Virus record (IMG/VR): IMGVR_UViG_3300010369_000001
Strand: one strand, 5' to 3'
DNA length: 64,000 bases
Source: a virus
Taxonomy: Duplodnaviria > Heunggongvirae > Uroviricota > Caudoviricetes
The translations under genes and the position numbers were made by a program. How positions within the stretch are numbered: the first letter of the stretch is position 1; each line of letters begins with the position of its first letter. Below the pieces are notes generated by a model that saw only the letters and a list, made by a program, of their open reading frames with translations, ran no database searches and was not told the DNA's origin. Of this stretch, positions 1 through 7,894 are shown piece by piece.

Positions 1-346
1 AATACGGTGCATGAAGGGCAATTCCAGCTGCCTTCTTGACCTGCGATAATTGCCTAATGGCCTGCTCTGCATATTCTGCACGCCAACCTAAGACAGCACA
101 AAAAGGAAGCCAATTGGGCAATTCTTCAGCTAATTTATCAATACACCCAATAGGGGCAAAATCAATTATGGCATCACTATTGCCTAGCTGGCTATAACCT
201 AGCTTAATTCCTTCCTCCTCTCTAGGTGCAGCCTGCTGCTTCCAAATAATTAACTGCGTAGCCCACTCTAAAAAAGAACGATCTTCACAAATAATGGGCG
301 ATCCAATTTGACTTAAATTAAGATGTGCGTGCGCGTTGAAGTACAT
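1..346 (-). CDS. Amidohydrolase-family metal-dependent deaminase/hydrolase (runs off the window edge; not in the supplied ORF track)
   Basis: Manual translation from ATG at 346: MYFNAHAHLNLSQIGSP...GIALHAPY; N-terminal HxH metal motif and later 'GIxxHAPY' motif; start overlaps pnuC stop. Confidence 0.7.
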   Translation of the reverse strand, partial: MYFNAHAHLNLSQIGSPIICEDRSFLEWATQLIIWKQQAAPREEEGIKLGYSQLGNSDAIIDFAPIGCIDKLAEELPNWLPFCAVLGWRAEYAEQAIRQLSQVKKAAGIALHAPY

Positions 347-965
347 AAAGTCTGATCCAATTAATTAATCCGGCAGCTGCAATCATGAATAGTACCCCAT
401 AAAGAATTGCCGTAAATGTAATCCCAACCAATATACATACAATTATCGCCACAATATTAGCCAGCATAAAGCAAGCAAAGGCCTCTAAATACCTTTGAGA
501 TAAAAGCATTACGCCAATTATGTTCAGCGACATAATAAATGTGTCAGCGTACGGGTAATTAGCTGGGACTGGGAATAAATAAGGGAACAGCTGATGGCTT
601 ACTGAATTTAAATGCCCAAATATCGCCATAGCTAACATCACAATAAATATTCCTTGAGCTAACAAATAGCCGTCTAAACGTTTTATTAAAACTCGCTCAT
701 CTTTTCTTTTCCAATACCAAATTGCATAAAGTGCCACGCCAAAAAAGAATAGCTGAATTATTACACTAGCGTACAGCTGGACTTGATAAAAAAGAGCAAA
801 GAATAATAGGCCTTGAATTATGCAATAATACCAAGTCCAAATACTATTTCTGACAGAATAATAGGCAGAAAGGATGCCGACTAGAATGGCGCTGGCCTCA
901 ATGTAGCTAAGCTCATACCCAAATATGGTCGCCATTATGTTTTCAATACTAAAAAATTCAATCAT
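318..965 (-). CDS. pnuC: Nicotinamide riboside transporter PnuC-family membrane protein
   Basis: Multi-TM protein with PnuC-like segments (SYIEASAILVGILSAYYSVRNSIWTW; PYADTF...RYLE...ANIVAI); start reassigned to ATG 965 (ATGA overlap with upstream stop). Confidence 0.8.
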   Translation of the reverse strand: MIEFFSIENIMATIFGYELSYIEASAILVGILSAYYSVRNSIWTWYYCIIQGLLFFALFYQVQLYASVIIQLFFFGVALYAIWYWKRKDERVLIKRLDGYLLAQGIFIVMLAMAIFGHLNSVSHQLFPYLFPVPANYPYADTFIMSLNIIGVMLLSQRYLEAFACFMLANIVAIIVCILVGITFTAILYGVLFMIAAAGLINWIRLYVLQRARTS

Positions 966-3340
966 TTTAAAATTAATAATCCTTCGATCCAAAGGCCATC
1001 TATGTTGTTATTTTTAAAGGTATTTACTGCGTTGTCAATGCTTTCAATAATTGGCTCCTGTACATTGAAGGACGTATTGCACAGCATGGGAATATCTGTC
1101 AGGTTATTAAATTCCTCCAAAACCTCTTTAAAGCGTCTAGGATGCTCTCTTATTGACTGCAGCCTAGCTGTGCCGTTGTGATGCAGGATAGCTGGCACCT
1201 TGCTCTTCTGCGCTTCTTTAACCGGAAAAGCTTCAGTCATAAATGGAGAATAAACATAACCCTCAAACCAATTATGCCCTTCTCGGTCAAGAACTGCTGG
1301 GGCAACTGGTCGAAAATGCTGGCGTTTTTTAATTTCATTAAGCCTGTCTCGACTAATAATTGTCCTGGGGTCAGCTGTTATAGTACGATTACCTAAAGCT
1401 CGCGGCCCGAATTCACTGCGTCCGTCAAAAATAGCGATAATCTTGCCGTCTATTAATAATTTAGCTATTTCAGCTGGGGACGCTTCCCAGTAATTTAATT
1501 CCAATTCTGTTAGCTTTTGCCTTACTTCTCCCTGCGAGTAACTTGTACCCCAGGATGCGTGCGGCATACGGAATTTACTGGGATCTTCAAGGGCTAAGCA
1601 CGCAGCGCCTAAAGCTAGTCCGCAGTCACTTGCCGCTGGCGGCACGAAAATATTATCCCACCTACCTGTCTGCCTGATTTTATTAACTAATTGGCAGCTC
1701 ATTGCACAACCACCAGCAAAACATAAATTACGAATTGATTGATCAGCGCATAAAGTCAGAATATCCAAATGACGTAGCTCAAAATAAGTCTGGATGGTGT
1801 GGGCGACATTAGCTTGCTCCTCTTCTGTATGAGCAGCTGCAGTGTAGCTCATAAATTCCTTTAAAACATCAGTATTTGGGATTAACTCATTATTCTCCCA
1901 GCTAAATAATTCTCCAGTTAAGATTTTTGTACCATATGCTGACAGCGCCATTAGCGCTCCTTCGCTGCCCAATCCCATTCGATGTGATGTTCGTGTGTAC
2001 CAGAAGCCCATCGTATTATAGGAATCACGATCAGGCTCTTCTACCTCTTGTACCCATTCAGGGCCTAAATGTCGGCACCTATGCTGCCAAACGGGCGTAA
2101 TATTGTGTCCTTGCTGAATAGATAATGTAATCGAGAGATTATCATCCCCAGCGTGATCAGACGTCAGGACGTAAGCTAGGTCAAAGCCAGAAGGGTAATA
2201 TGCACTAGCTGCATGACAGGCGTGATGCCCGTACATGTTTTCTTGTTCAGCTAGTTCCCGGGTATTTTCAATAAATAGTCGTAAAGAACAATTTTCAGAT
2301 AATCTAGTTAAAGGGACAGAATTACAATGTGCGACCTTTGAATATTTAGTATTATTTATTCGCTTATAACCCTGTATTGGGAGCCGCTTCCCTTCTGTTG
2401 TGAAATTAGACGAATGCCCTACGCCATCTGCCTTCTTTTTACGATTAAATCGTTCTTCCTCTAATAGCAGCTCCGGGCCAGCTTCCTTAATCACAGCTAA
2501 CCCAATGTCATGTGTGATAACATGTGCGCCTAATATCTTTTTCGAGTCTTTAGCTACCTGCCTGTACTGCTGAAGAATATTGGTTTTATCTAATTCAGCT
2601 CGTTGTGGGCCCATATATGCGTAGTGCGCAAATAATTTCCCGCCTACTACTAAATTATGCCGACCCATTATTTTAGGTAAATAATCGCCAAGAAGATGCT
2701 CATCATTTCTGTCTCCCTTAAAAATATCGGGGCCTAATTGCGCCATATCATGCCCAAAATAGGCAATAACATTAATCACACAATAATCATCCAGTACTCT
2801 AGTTGACGGAAAGCGTAAACTGTCCAAAGCATCATTAGCCCAGCAATCCAGCAATATTTCATGCCATTTTTCAGCGCCATTCCCGCGATTAAGTATTTCA
2901 TTAGCTACCTTATTGCCCTTTTGAGCTAATGTCTCTAAATATTCAGCTCGCTTTTTTGTAGCTATATGGTCATTTACTACATTTGGTAGAACTATAAGGG
3001 GTTCAGGATTACGCACACGATAGCCCACTAATTCAGCTATTGCGCCATCTTCTACAAAAACAATATCATCATCTATCTTTATATAGACAGTATTCTCTTC
3101 ACAAGTAGTCTGATAAAACCTAGCTACGCCGCAGCTATTTAAATTATCATTGGGCGGATTAACAAGAATTACGTCTTTTTGAAGGCTAATCCAATCTAAA
3201 TCATCATTATTTTTCGTATTTATCCATAGGCGTATTTCATCTATTACGGTGCAGCGCTGCAGATACGGAAGCAATATTTCAAGATATTTCCGCCGACCAC
3301 TTGGTACACAAGCTACAATTTTATAATTTTCAAAGCTCAT
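962..3340 (-). CDS. NodU/CmcH-family carbamoyltransferase with N-terminal GT-A-like domain
   Basis: HDIGLA...EEERFNRKK, HHACHAASAY, FAGGCAM, PAASDCGLALGAA, SEFGPRALGNR, KKRQHFRPVAP, NTSFN; first ~260 aa carry 'YIKIDDDIVF' DxD motif. Confidence 0.9.
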   Translation of the reverse strand: MSFENYKIVACVPSGRRKYLEILLPYLQRCTVIDEIRLWINTKNNDDLDWISLQKDVILVNPPNDNLNSCGVARFYQTTCEENTVYIKIDDDIVFVEDGAIAELVGYRVRNPEPLIVLPNVVNDHIATKKRAEYLETLAQKGNKVANEILNRGNGAEKWHEILLDCWANDALDSLRFPSTRVLDDYCVINVIAYFGHDMAQLGPDIFKGDRNDEHLLGDYLPKIMGRHNLVVGGKLFAHYAYMGPQRAELDKTNILQQYRQVAKDSKKILGAHVITHDIGLAVIKEAGPELLLEEERFNRKKKADGVGHSSNFTTEGKRLPIQGYKRINNTKYSKVAHCNSVPLTRLSENCSLRLFIENTRELAEQENMYGHHACHAASAYYPSGFDLAYVLTSDHAGDDNLSITLSIQQGHNITPVWQHRCRHLGPEWVQEVEEPDRDSYNTMGFWYTRTSHRMGLGSEGALMALSAYGTKILTGELFSWENNELIPNTDVLKEFMSYTAAAHTEEEQANVAHTIQTYFELRHLDILTLCADQSIRNLCFAGGCAMSCQLVNKIRQTGRWDNIFVPPAASDCGLALGAACLALEDPSKFRMPHASWGTSYSQGEVRQKLTELELNYWEASPAEIAKLLIDGKIIAIFDGRSEFGPRALGNRTITADPRTIISRDRLNEIKKRQHFRPVAPAVLDREGHNWFEGYVYSPFMTEAFPVKEAQKSKVPAILHHNGTARLQSIREHPRRFKEVLEEFNNLTDIPMLCNTSFNVQEPIIESIDNAVNTFKNNNIDGLWIEGLLILK

Positions 3341-3343
3341 TTA

Positions 3344-3952
3344 TTACAATGCCCAGGTATGTTCCCAATGATGCACGCTGAATGATTCCGGCTTAATATA
3401 ATCTTCCCAGTTTTTATCTCTATCGGAAAAAGGAAAGGGATAAAAATAATCTAAAGGATATATTGTTACAGCTTTAGGAAAAAAAGGCTTAATATGTTCA
3501 CCAAATATCGAGGGAAGCGTAGCGTAGCTAAATTTTGCCCTCAAGTAATACCTGCACATAGCGTGCATTAATGGGTGCTCTTTTTCTGCCCCGATAATAC
3601 CGCAACCTACGGCAAAATCATCTTCTTTCTCGTATTCCTTACCAACAAAACATTTATTAATTAATAATTCATCCAGCGGTTTTAATATTCGCGTATCAGT
3701 ATCTAGCCAAATACCTCCAAAGTCAGCTAACACCTGGAATCTTACATAATCTGCAACAAATGCCCATTTTTTCCTTTTAGCAGCCTCTCTAATATAAGGA
3801 CACCAATTTAAATCAAAATTATCCTCATTCCATAGCTTCAGCTCATAATTTGGCAATAACCTTTCCCAAGACTCTAGGCACTCTACTCTTAGTGAGCTAG
3901 AGGTTAGCTCGCTAGCCCCAAACCAGGCATAATGTATTATTTTAGGAATCAT
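3344..3952 (-). CDS. Glycosyltransferase, GT32 / DXD sugar-binding family
   Basis: MIPKIIHYAWFG, WAFVADYVR, GGIWLDTD, HHWEHTW. Confidence 0.9.
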   Translation of the reverse strand: MIPKIIHYAWFGASELTSSSLRVECLESWERLLPNYELKLWNEDNFDLNWCPYIREAAKRKKWAFVADYVRFQVLADFGGIWLDTDTRILKPLDELLINKCFVGKEYEKEDDFAVGCGIIGAEKEHPLMHAMCRYYLRAKFSYATLPSIFGEHIKPFFPKAVTIYPLDYFYPFPFSDRDKNWEDYIKPESFSVHHWEHTWAL

Positions 3953-4848
3953 ATTAAATTATTCTCTTTGCACCATTTAGCCCAATAAGCAACGCCAGCA
4001 TATTTCACAGTAACACTTGAATGTAAAATGCTTGCGTTATTAGGTTTACCTGAAACATTTCCATATTCCCTCATTTTAGCTAGCGGCTCGTCATGTTCCT
4101 GTGTCCAGGCAAATAAATATCTTTTATCGTCTGTCTCAATTAAATTAGGATAATACAGAGAAGCTAGCTGCAATAATAATTGATCATCGTTAATCCACTG
4201 ATGTAATTGCCCATAAAACATTGGGTCTCTCATGCAATATTCAGCTACGCCCTGGCGAGGTTGATCGGCCATTAATTCTCGCTGTATTTCAATTACTCTA
4301 ATAAACAGCTCTTTTATCGCACTAATTGACCCAAATAATGCCCCGGCATTTAAATGCTTTCCTTCAGCTAAAATCCAGCTCTTATACTCAGCATTCTGAT
4401 ATGGATAAATATGATTATCTAATTCTCTATTAAATAATACTGTCCCTGGTTTATAAATATCAAGGGCTTTTTGTATTATTGTGGGAAAATTATCAGTAAA
4501 TACAATATCAGCTGAATCCAAAATAAATGTGTGAGTAATTCCTTGAGCTTGTAAGTAGCTAGCTTGCCGGAGGAATTGCTGTATTTTATGGTAGGTGAAG
4601 CCTTTCCATTGTTCTCTGAAACTGAGCCATTTAAGTGGAATTTGAAACTTCCTAGCTGATCTAATGAAAGTATCTATCTTTTGATAAGTGCTATTTTCAT
4701 AGGCTGCGACAGAAAGAATAGCTGTATTTGAGCCAAAGCCACTAGCTTCAAAGAATTGATCTGGTAGTGCATTTGTGAAGCCATTAATATTACTTACAAG
4801 AGGAGTACCATATTCCTGTATGGCCTGTGTAAATCTAGTGCTGTGCAT
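3949..4848 (-). CDS. PLOD/LH3-like glycosyltransferase domain protein
   Basis: FILDSADIVF, HLNAGALFG, DDQLLL, ILHSS pattern; paralogous to 33553-34365. Confidence 0.6.
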   Translation of the reverse strand: MHSTRFTQAIQEYGTPLVSNINGFTNALPDQFFEASGFGSNTAILSVAAYENSTYQKIDTFIRSARKFQIPLKWLSFREQWKGFTYHKIQQFLRQASYLQAQGITHTFILDSADIVFTDNFPTIIQKALDIYKPGTVLFNRELDNHIYPYQNAEYKSWILAEGKHLNAGALFGSISAIKELFIRVIEIQRELMADQPRQGVAEYCMRDPMFYGQLHQWINDDQLLLQLASLYYPNLIETDDKRYLFAWTQEHDEPLAKMREYGNVSGKPNNASILHSSVTVKYAGVAYWAKWCKENNLI

Positions 4849-5087
4849 TATTTGTTAGAGCCGCAGCTACTGCAGCTACGACGCTGCTGTATTGTGTAGC
4901 GTTGTACCTGTATTATAGTGTTTTTTAAGCTGGCGGGTTCTCGCGCGAGAATGTCGCTATGAAATACACATGATTCTTTGTTGCAATTAGTCGAGCAGTT
5001 AGCTGGTTGTCCTTTTTTACACTGTACTTGCCAGCCTCCTTCACACTTAATTGGCCGTATTCTAGCCCAAATACATGGGAGTCTCAT
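4848..5087 (-). CDS. Small Cys-rich hypothetical protein
   Basis: 79 aa, 9 Cys incl. C-terminal CSSC; strong SD (AGGAGG) upstream; TAATG coupling to next gene. Confidence 0.6.
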   Translation of the reverse strand: MRLPCIWARIRPIKCEGGWQVQCKKGQPANCSTNCNKESCVFHSDILAREPASLKNTIIQVQRYTIQQRRSCSSCGSNK

Positions 5088-5134
5088 GGCTATTGCCTCC
5101 TAAGGCTTGAGGCCTTTAGGAGGCCTCTATTAAT

Positions 5135-5218
5135 TTAAGCTACCTTCTTACTCTGTTGGTATTCTTTTATATTACGGAACAATATCGTAGGCTTTTTAAT
5201 TAAGCTACCTTCTTACTC
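5135..5218. repeat. 19-bp perfect direct repeat (ttaagctaccttcttactc) x2, 46 bp apart
   Basis: Copies at 5135-5153 and 5200-5218 in AT-rich intergenic DNA. Confidence 0.9.
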
Positions 5219-5377
5219 ATATTGTTTTATTAGCCCTCAAGGTACAGGCCTTTAATGGTTCTCTAGAACTATCGCTTTATTTATTTAATTGCCCGTTGTT
5301 TTGTATTGGGCTTTTATAGTTGCCTACAACTATCGGAAAGAACGATTAATCTTTATGTCCTTACTATTATTATATCT

Positions 5378-5405
5378 AAAAAAAAAGGAGCCTAGGCTCC
5401 TTTTT
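5378..5405 (-). terminator. Intrinsic terminator (possibly bidirectional)
   Basis: ggagc-ctag-gctcc hairpin flanked by A9 and T5 tracts. Confidence 0.85.
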
Positions 5406-5409
5406 CAAT

Positions 5410-5688
5410 TTAGCTCTTTGGTTTCTTTGGTATTGGGTAATTTTCAAAGAGTTTATTCCAAAGTTCTTTTCTTTCTTTGGCAAAGGCTGCTAGTTCGGCA
5501 TCAAGCTCTTTCAAACGAGTTTCGATTTCATTCCGCCTAGTTTTCAGTTCTTTCGATGACATTGCGTTTATTTCAGCAGCGGTCATTGGGGTCAATTTCT
5601 TTGGCCCAGGTTTAATTTCCGCGGTTGTTGCGGCGATTACGGCTGGGTCTTTGGCTGTACCTTTTTTAGGTTTTCTTGGTGTTGACAT
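5410..5688 (-). CDS. Small basic coiled-coil hypothetical protein
   Basis: 92 aa Lys-rich, own SD (GAAAGGAG), promoter motif and terminator. Confidence 0.75.
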   Translation of the reverse strand: MSTPRKPKKGTAKDPAVIAATTAEIKPGPKKLTPMTAAEINAMSSKELKTRRNEIETRLKELDAELAAFAKERKELWNKLFENYPIPKKPKS

Positions 5689-5705
5689 TTTAATCTCCTT
5701 TCATT

Positions 5706-5731
5706 GTTAAAGTATGTCAAGGTTTTATGCC
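5706..5731 (-). promoter_or_regulatory. Class-1 phage promoter-like motif
   Basis: Minus: GGCATAAAACCTTGA CATACT TTAAC. Confidence 0.55.
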
Positions 5732-5756
5732 AGCTAAACTGTAGCTTTTTAATAGT

Positions 5757-5782
5757 AAAAAAAGGAGCAGCCTAAGCTGCTC
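5757..5782 (-). terminator. Intrinsic terminator
   Basis: GAGCAGC-TTAG-GCTGCTC followed by U-tract on minus strand. Confidence 0.85.
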
Positions 5783-5786
5783 ATTA

Positions 5787-6233
5787 TTAAGTGAAGGATT
5801 TACTGCTGCGGATAATACGGCAGTCAAAGCTAGCGGCTTGTCGAGCATGCGCCAGGCGTTCTTCACACGCTTGTTCTGCTGCTTCTGCGACTGTTATGCC
5901 CTTTATTTTTTGGGCTGCCATGGCCGCTGCTTGTTGTGGGTTCTTTATGACGCTATTAACGTTATAGCGGAAGTCACAGAGGCTTTCACCGGGTTTTCCC
6001 AACTGAAGGTCTCTATCACTTTCTATGTCTCTTTTGAAGACGATGAAAAACACTGCGACGGACTTTGCGTCCATTTCCAGTGCTGTTGGTAGCAAACTTA
6101 CTATTTCAGCCACGACTGAAACAGTAAGTTTGCAGCTTGCTGTTTCCAGAACTTGCTTAATTGTAGCGAGTTCTGCTTCTTCCACTGCGTCTATAGGCGC
6201 ATACAGAAAAGTTTTCTTAGCCTTTTTAGGCAT
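5787..6233 (-). CDS. Hypothetical protein
   Basis: ORF 5787-6248; start moved to ATG 6233 behind SD GAAAGGAG. Confidence 0.7.
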   Translation of the reverse strand: MPKKAKKTFLYAPIDAVEEAELATIKQVLETASCKLTVSVVAEIVSLLPTALEMDAKSVAVFFIVFKRDIESDRDLQLGKPGESLCDFRYNVNSVIKNPQQAAAMAAQKIKGITVAEAAEQACEERLAHARQAASFDCRIIRSSKSFT

Positions 6234-6256
6234 ACTGACTCCTTTCATAAATAGGG

Positions 6257-6282
6257 GTTAAAGAATATCAAAATTATTTACC
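6257..6282 (-). promoter_or_regulatory. Class-1 phage promoter-like motif
   Basis: Minus: GGTAAATAATTTTGA TATTCT TTAAC. Confidence 0.65.
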
Positions 6283-6305
6283 TTAGAAGGGGCTACCTTT
6301 TAGCT

Positions 6306-6332
6306 AAAAAAAGGAGGGAGCTAAGCTCCCTT
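6306..6332 (-). terminator. Intrinsic terminator
   Basis: AGGGAGC-TTA-GCTCCCT plus U-tract. Confidence 0.85.
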
Positions 6333-6336
6333 GTTT

Positions 6337-6681
6337 TTAGCCATAGCCTCGGTTCCGTCTTTTACCTCCGGGCTTCTTAGGGCACGGCGGGCTAAGAGGT
6401 GGTACAGAGGGATTAAGAATAGCTTCAAGCTTATTCTTAAATCGGTAAATTTCGGAGCGGTGCGTACTCTCTAGAAATAATCCTATTTCTACTCTGAGTG
6501 ATTCCGTCTTCTTTGGCTCACCAAGTTTCTTGATGTCGTGGAGCAGGCGTAAGCTGGCGATTAACGTTTTCTTATCCTCTGCTCCAAGTTCGGGATTATC
6601 TGCGGCACGTTCAGCAATATTACTGAGATGCAGATAACAATGCGATTCTAGTTCCTTTATTCGTAAAGAATCCATCCACAT
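6337..6681 (-). CDS. Hypothetical protein with basic C-terminal tail
   Basis: 114 aa ORF bounded by promoter motif and terminator. Confidence 0.7.
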   Translation of the reverse strand: MWMDSLRIKELESHCYLHLSNIAERAADNPELGAEDKKTLIASLRLLHDIKKLGEPKKTESLRVEIGLFLESTHRSEIYRFKNKLEAILNPSVPPLSPPCPKKPGGKRRNRGYG

Positions 6682-6688
6682 AAGGGGG

Positions 6689-6717
6689 GTTAAAGTGATA
6701 CTACATAAATACTTACC
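6689..6717 (-). promoter_or_regulatory. Class-1 phage promoter-like motif
   Basis: Minus: GGTAAGTATTTATGT AGTATCACT TTAAC. Confidence 0.55.
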
Positions 6718-6741
6718 TTATTTAAATAATTCTTTTAAGCT

Positions 6742-6777
6742 AAAAAAGGGAGAGAAGGTTGTTACACCTTATCTCCC
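6742..6777 (-). terminator. Intrinsic terminator
   Basis: GGGAGA..AAGGT / ACCTT..TCTCCC hairpin plus U6; second hairpin TAGAGC-TTA-GCTCTA just upstream. Confidence 0.75.
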
Positions 6778-6808
6778 GTAGAGCTAAGCTCTAGCACGGC
6801 TGCTATTT

Positions 6809-7099
6809 TTAGGCAGCAGACTCGTATGCATCTAACACCATATCAATAGCCTCTATTTCTGCATTGAGTGCTGCTATGATCGCTTTTTGCTTTAGCGCTC
6901 TTTCCCGATAATCTTTTTTGTCTTTTTTATGGCCGTTAGGGTCTTTGCTTAGATCGCCATATAAGCTAGCGGATTTATCTAGCTCAACAATAGCTTCCAG
7001 TAATACGCTACGGGCATAGACTGTTGCACGATATGCAGACTCTACGCTGTGCGGGCCATCTTCGAGGTAGCACGCTGCTACGACTCTTTTCTTCGTCAT
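6809..7099 (-). CDS. Hypothetical coiled-coil protein
   Basis: 96 aa, SD GAAAGGA, own promoter motif and terminator. Confidence 0.7.
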   Translation of the reverse strand: MTKKRVVAACYLEDGPHSVESAYRATVYARSVLLEAIVELDKSASLYGDLSKDPNGHKKDKKDYRERALKQKAIIAALNAEIEAIDMVLDAYESAA

Positions 7100-7118
7100 A
7101 ATTTCCTTTCATAAAAGG

Positions 7119-7144
7119 GTTAAAGAATATCAACTTTATTTACC
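7119..7144 (-). promoter_or_regulatory. Class-1 phage promoter-like motif
   Basis: Minus: GGTAAATAAAGTTGA TATTCT TTAAC. Confidence 0.65.
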
Positions 7145-7167
7145 CGTAAATTAGCTACCTTTTAGCT

Positions 7168-7197
7168 AAAAAAGAGGGAGCTAAGCTCCCTCTTTTT
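7168..7197 (-). terminator. Intrinsic terminator
   Basis: GAGGGAGC-TTA-GCTCCCTC flanked by A/T tracts. Confidence 0.85.
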
Positions 7198-7486
7198 ATT
7201 TCCTTTTAGGTTTCAGCAAGTTTTGCCAATTGACTAAACTTTCGTTGTAGCAGTCAAGTGCATAATCACGAGCCACCACTAACCCTGCCCGTTGGTTATT
7301 TACGGACATTGTCATTATTTGTTCTGCCAATGCTCGGTATTCCCACCACTTTAACACTGCATCCGCTAAGGCGCAGCTTATCAAACCTTTTTTCAGGTTC
7401 CGAATCAGCTGCATATCAGCTTCTTCGGAAACGCCAAAACCTTGGGCGAGCAAAATCGCCGCCATACTAACTCTCGATACATTCAT
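7196..7486 (-). CDS. Hypothetical protein
   Basis: 96 aa ORF in co-directional run. Confidence 0.65.
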   Translation of the reverse strand: MNVSRVSMAAILLAQGFGVSEEADMQLIRNLKKGLISCALADAVLKWWEYRALAEQIMTMSVNNQRAGLVVARDYALDCYNESLVNWQNLLKPKRK

Positions 7487-7512
7487 AAGCTCTCAGTACA
7501 AATCCTTTCGTG

Positions 7513-7869
7513 TTACGAGCAGCCGCCGCAGCAACCATGCTCTACGTTAATATTCACCACTTTGAGCAACAGCGCCCTAGCAGCCGGACCAAATTGATCC
7601 ATTTCCTTCTGAATATGCTCATCACCATACTCCTCTTGCCAATCTATCGTCCAAGGGCCTTCGCCCTGGCTGATGTCCGAGGTGGTATAGTCATATGTAC
7701 AATACCCTCCAGACGTAAGACATCTTTTCCAAGAATATCTTGTTTTAGTATTATTTCTATCAACAGTATCAAAGACTAATGTGCCCGAACATAAATTTGG
7801 CCATTTACCGCTATATGATACAAATTTAATATCTTGAATATCTACGAATTTAGCTGCTTTCTTAGGCAT
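7513..7869 (-). CDS. Hypothetical phage protein with C-terminal HGCCGGC motif
   Basis: 118 aa; WPNLCSG...SGG...GPW...NVEHGCCGGCS. Confidence 0.7.
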   Translation of the reverse strand: MPKKAAKFVDIQDIKFVSYSGKWPNLCSGTLVFDTVDRNNTKTRYSWKRCLTSGGYCTYDYTTSDISQGEGPWTIDWQEEYGDEHIQKEMDQFGPAARALLLKVVNINVEHGCCGGCS

Positions 7870-7894
7870 TAGCGTGTTGCGCCGTAAGGTTTTA

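Noticed and set aside
5135-5218. Possible mini CRISPR array
   Set aside because: Only two 19-bp copies, no palindromic repeat structure, no third repeat and no cas genes; kept as a direct repeat.
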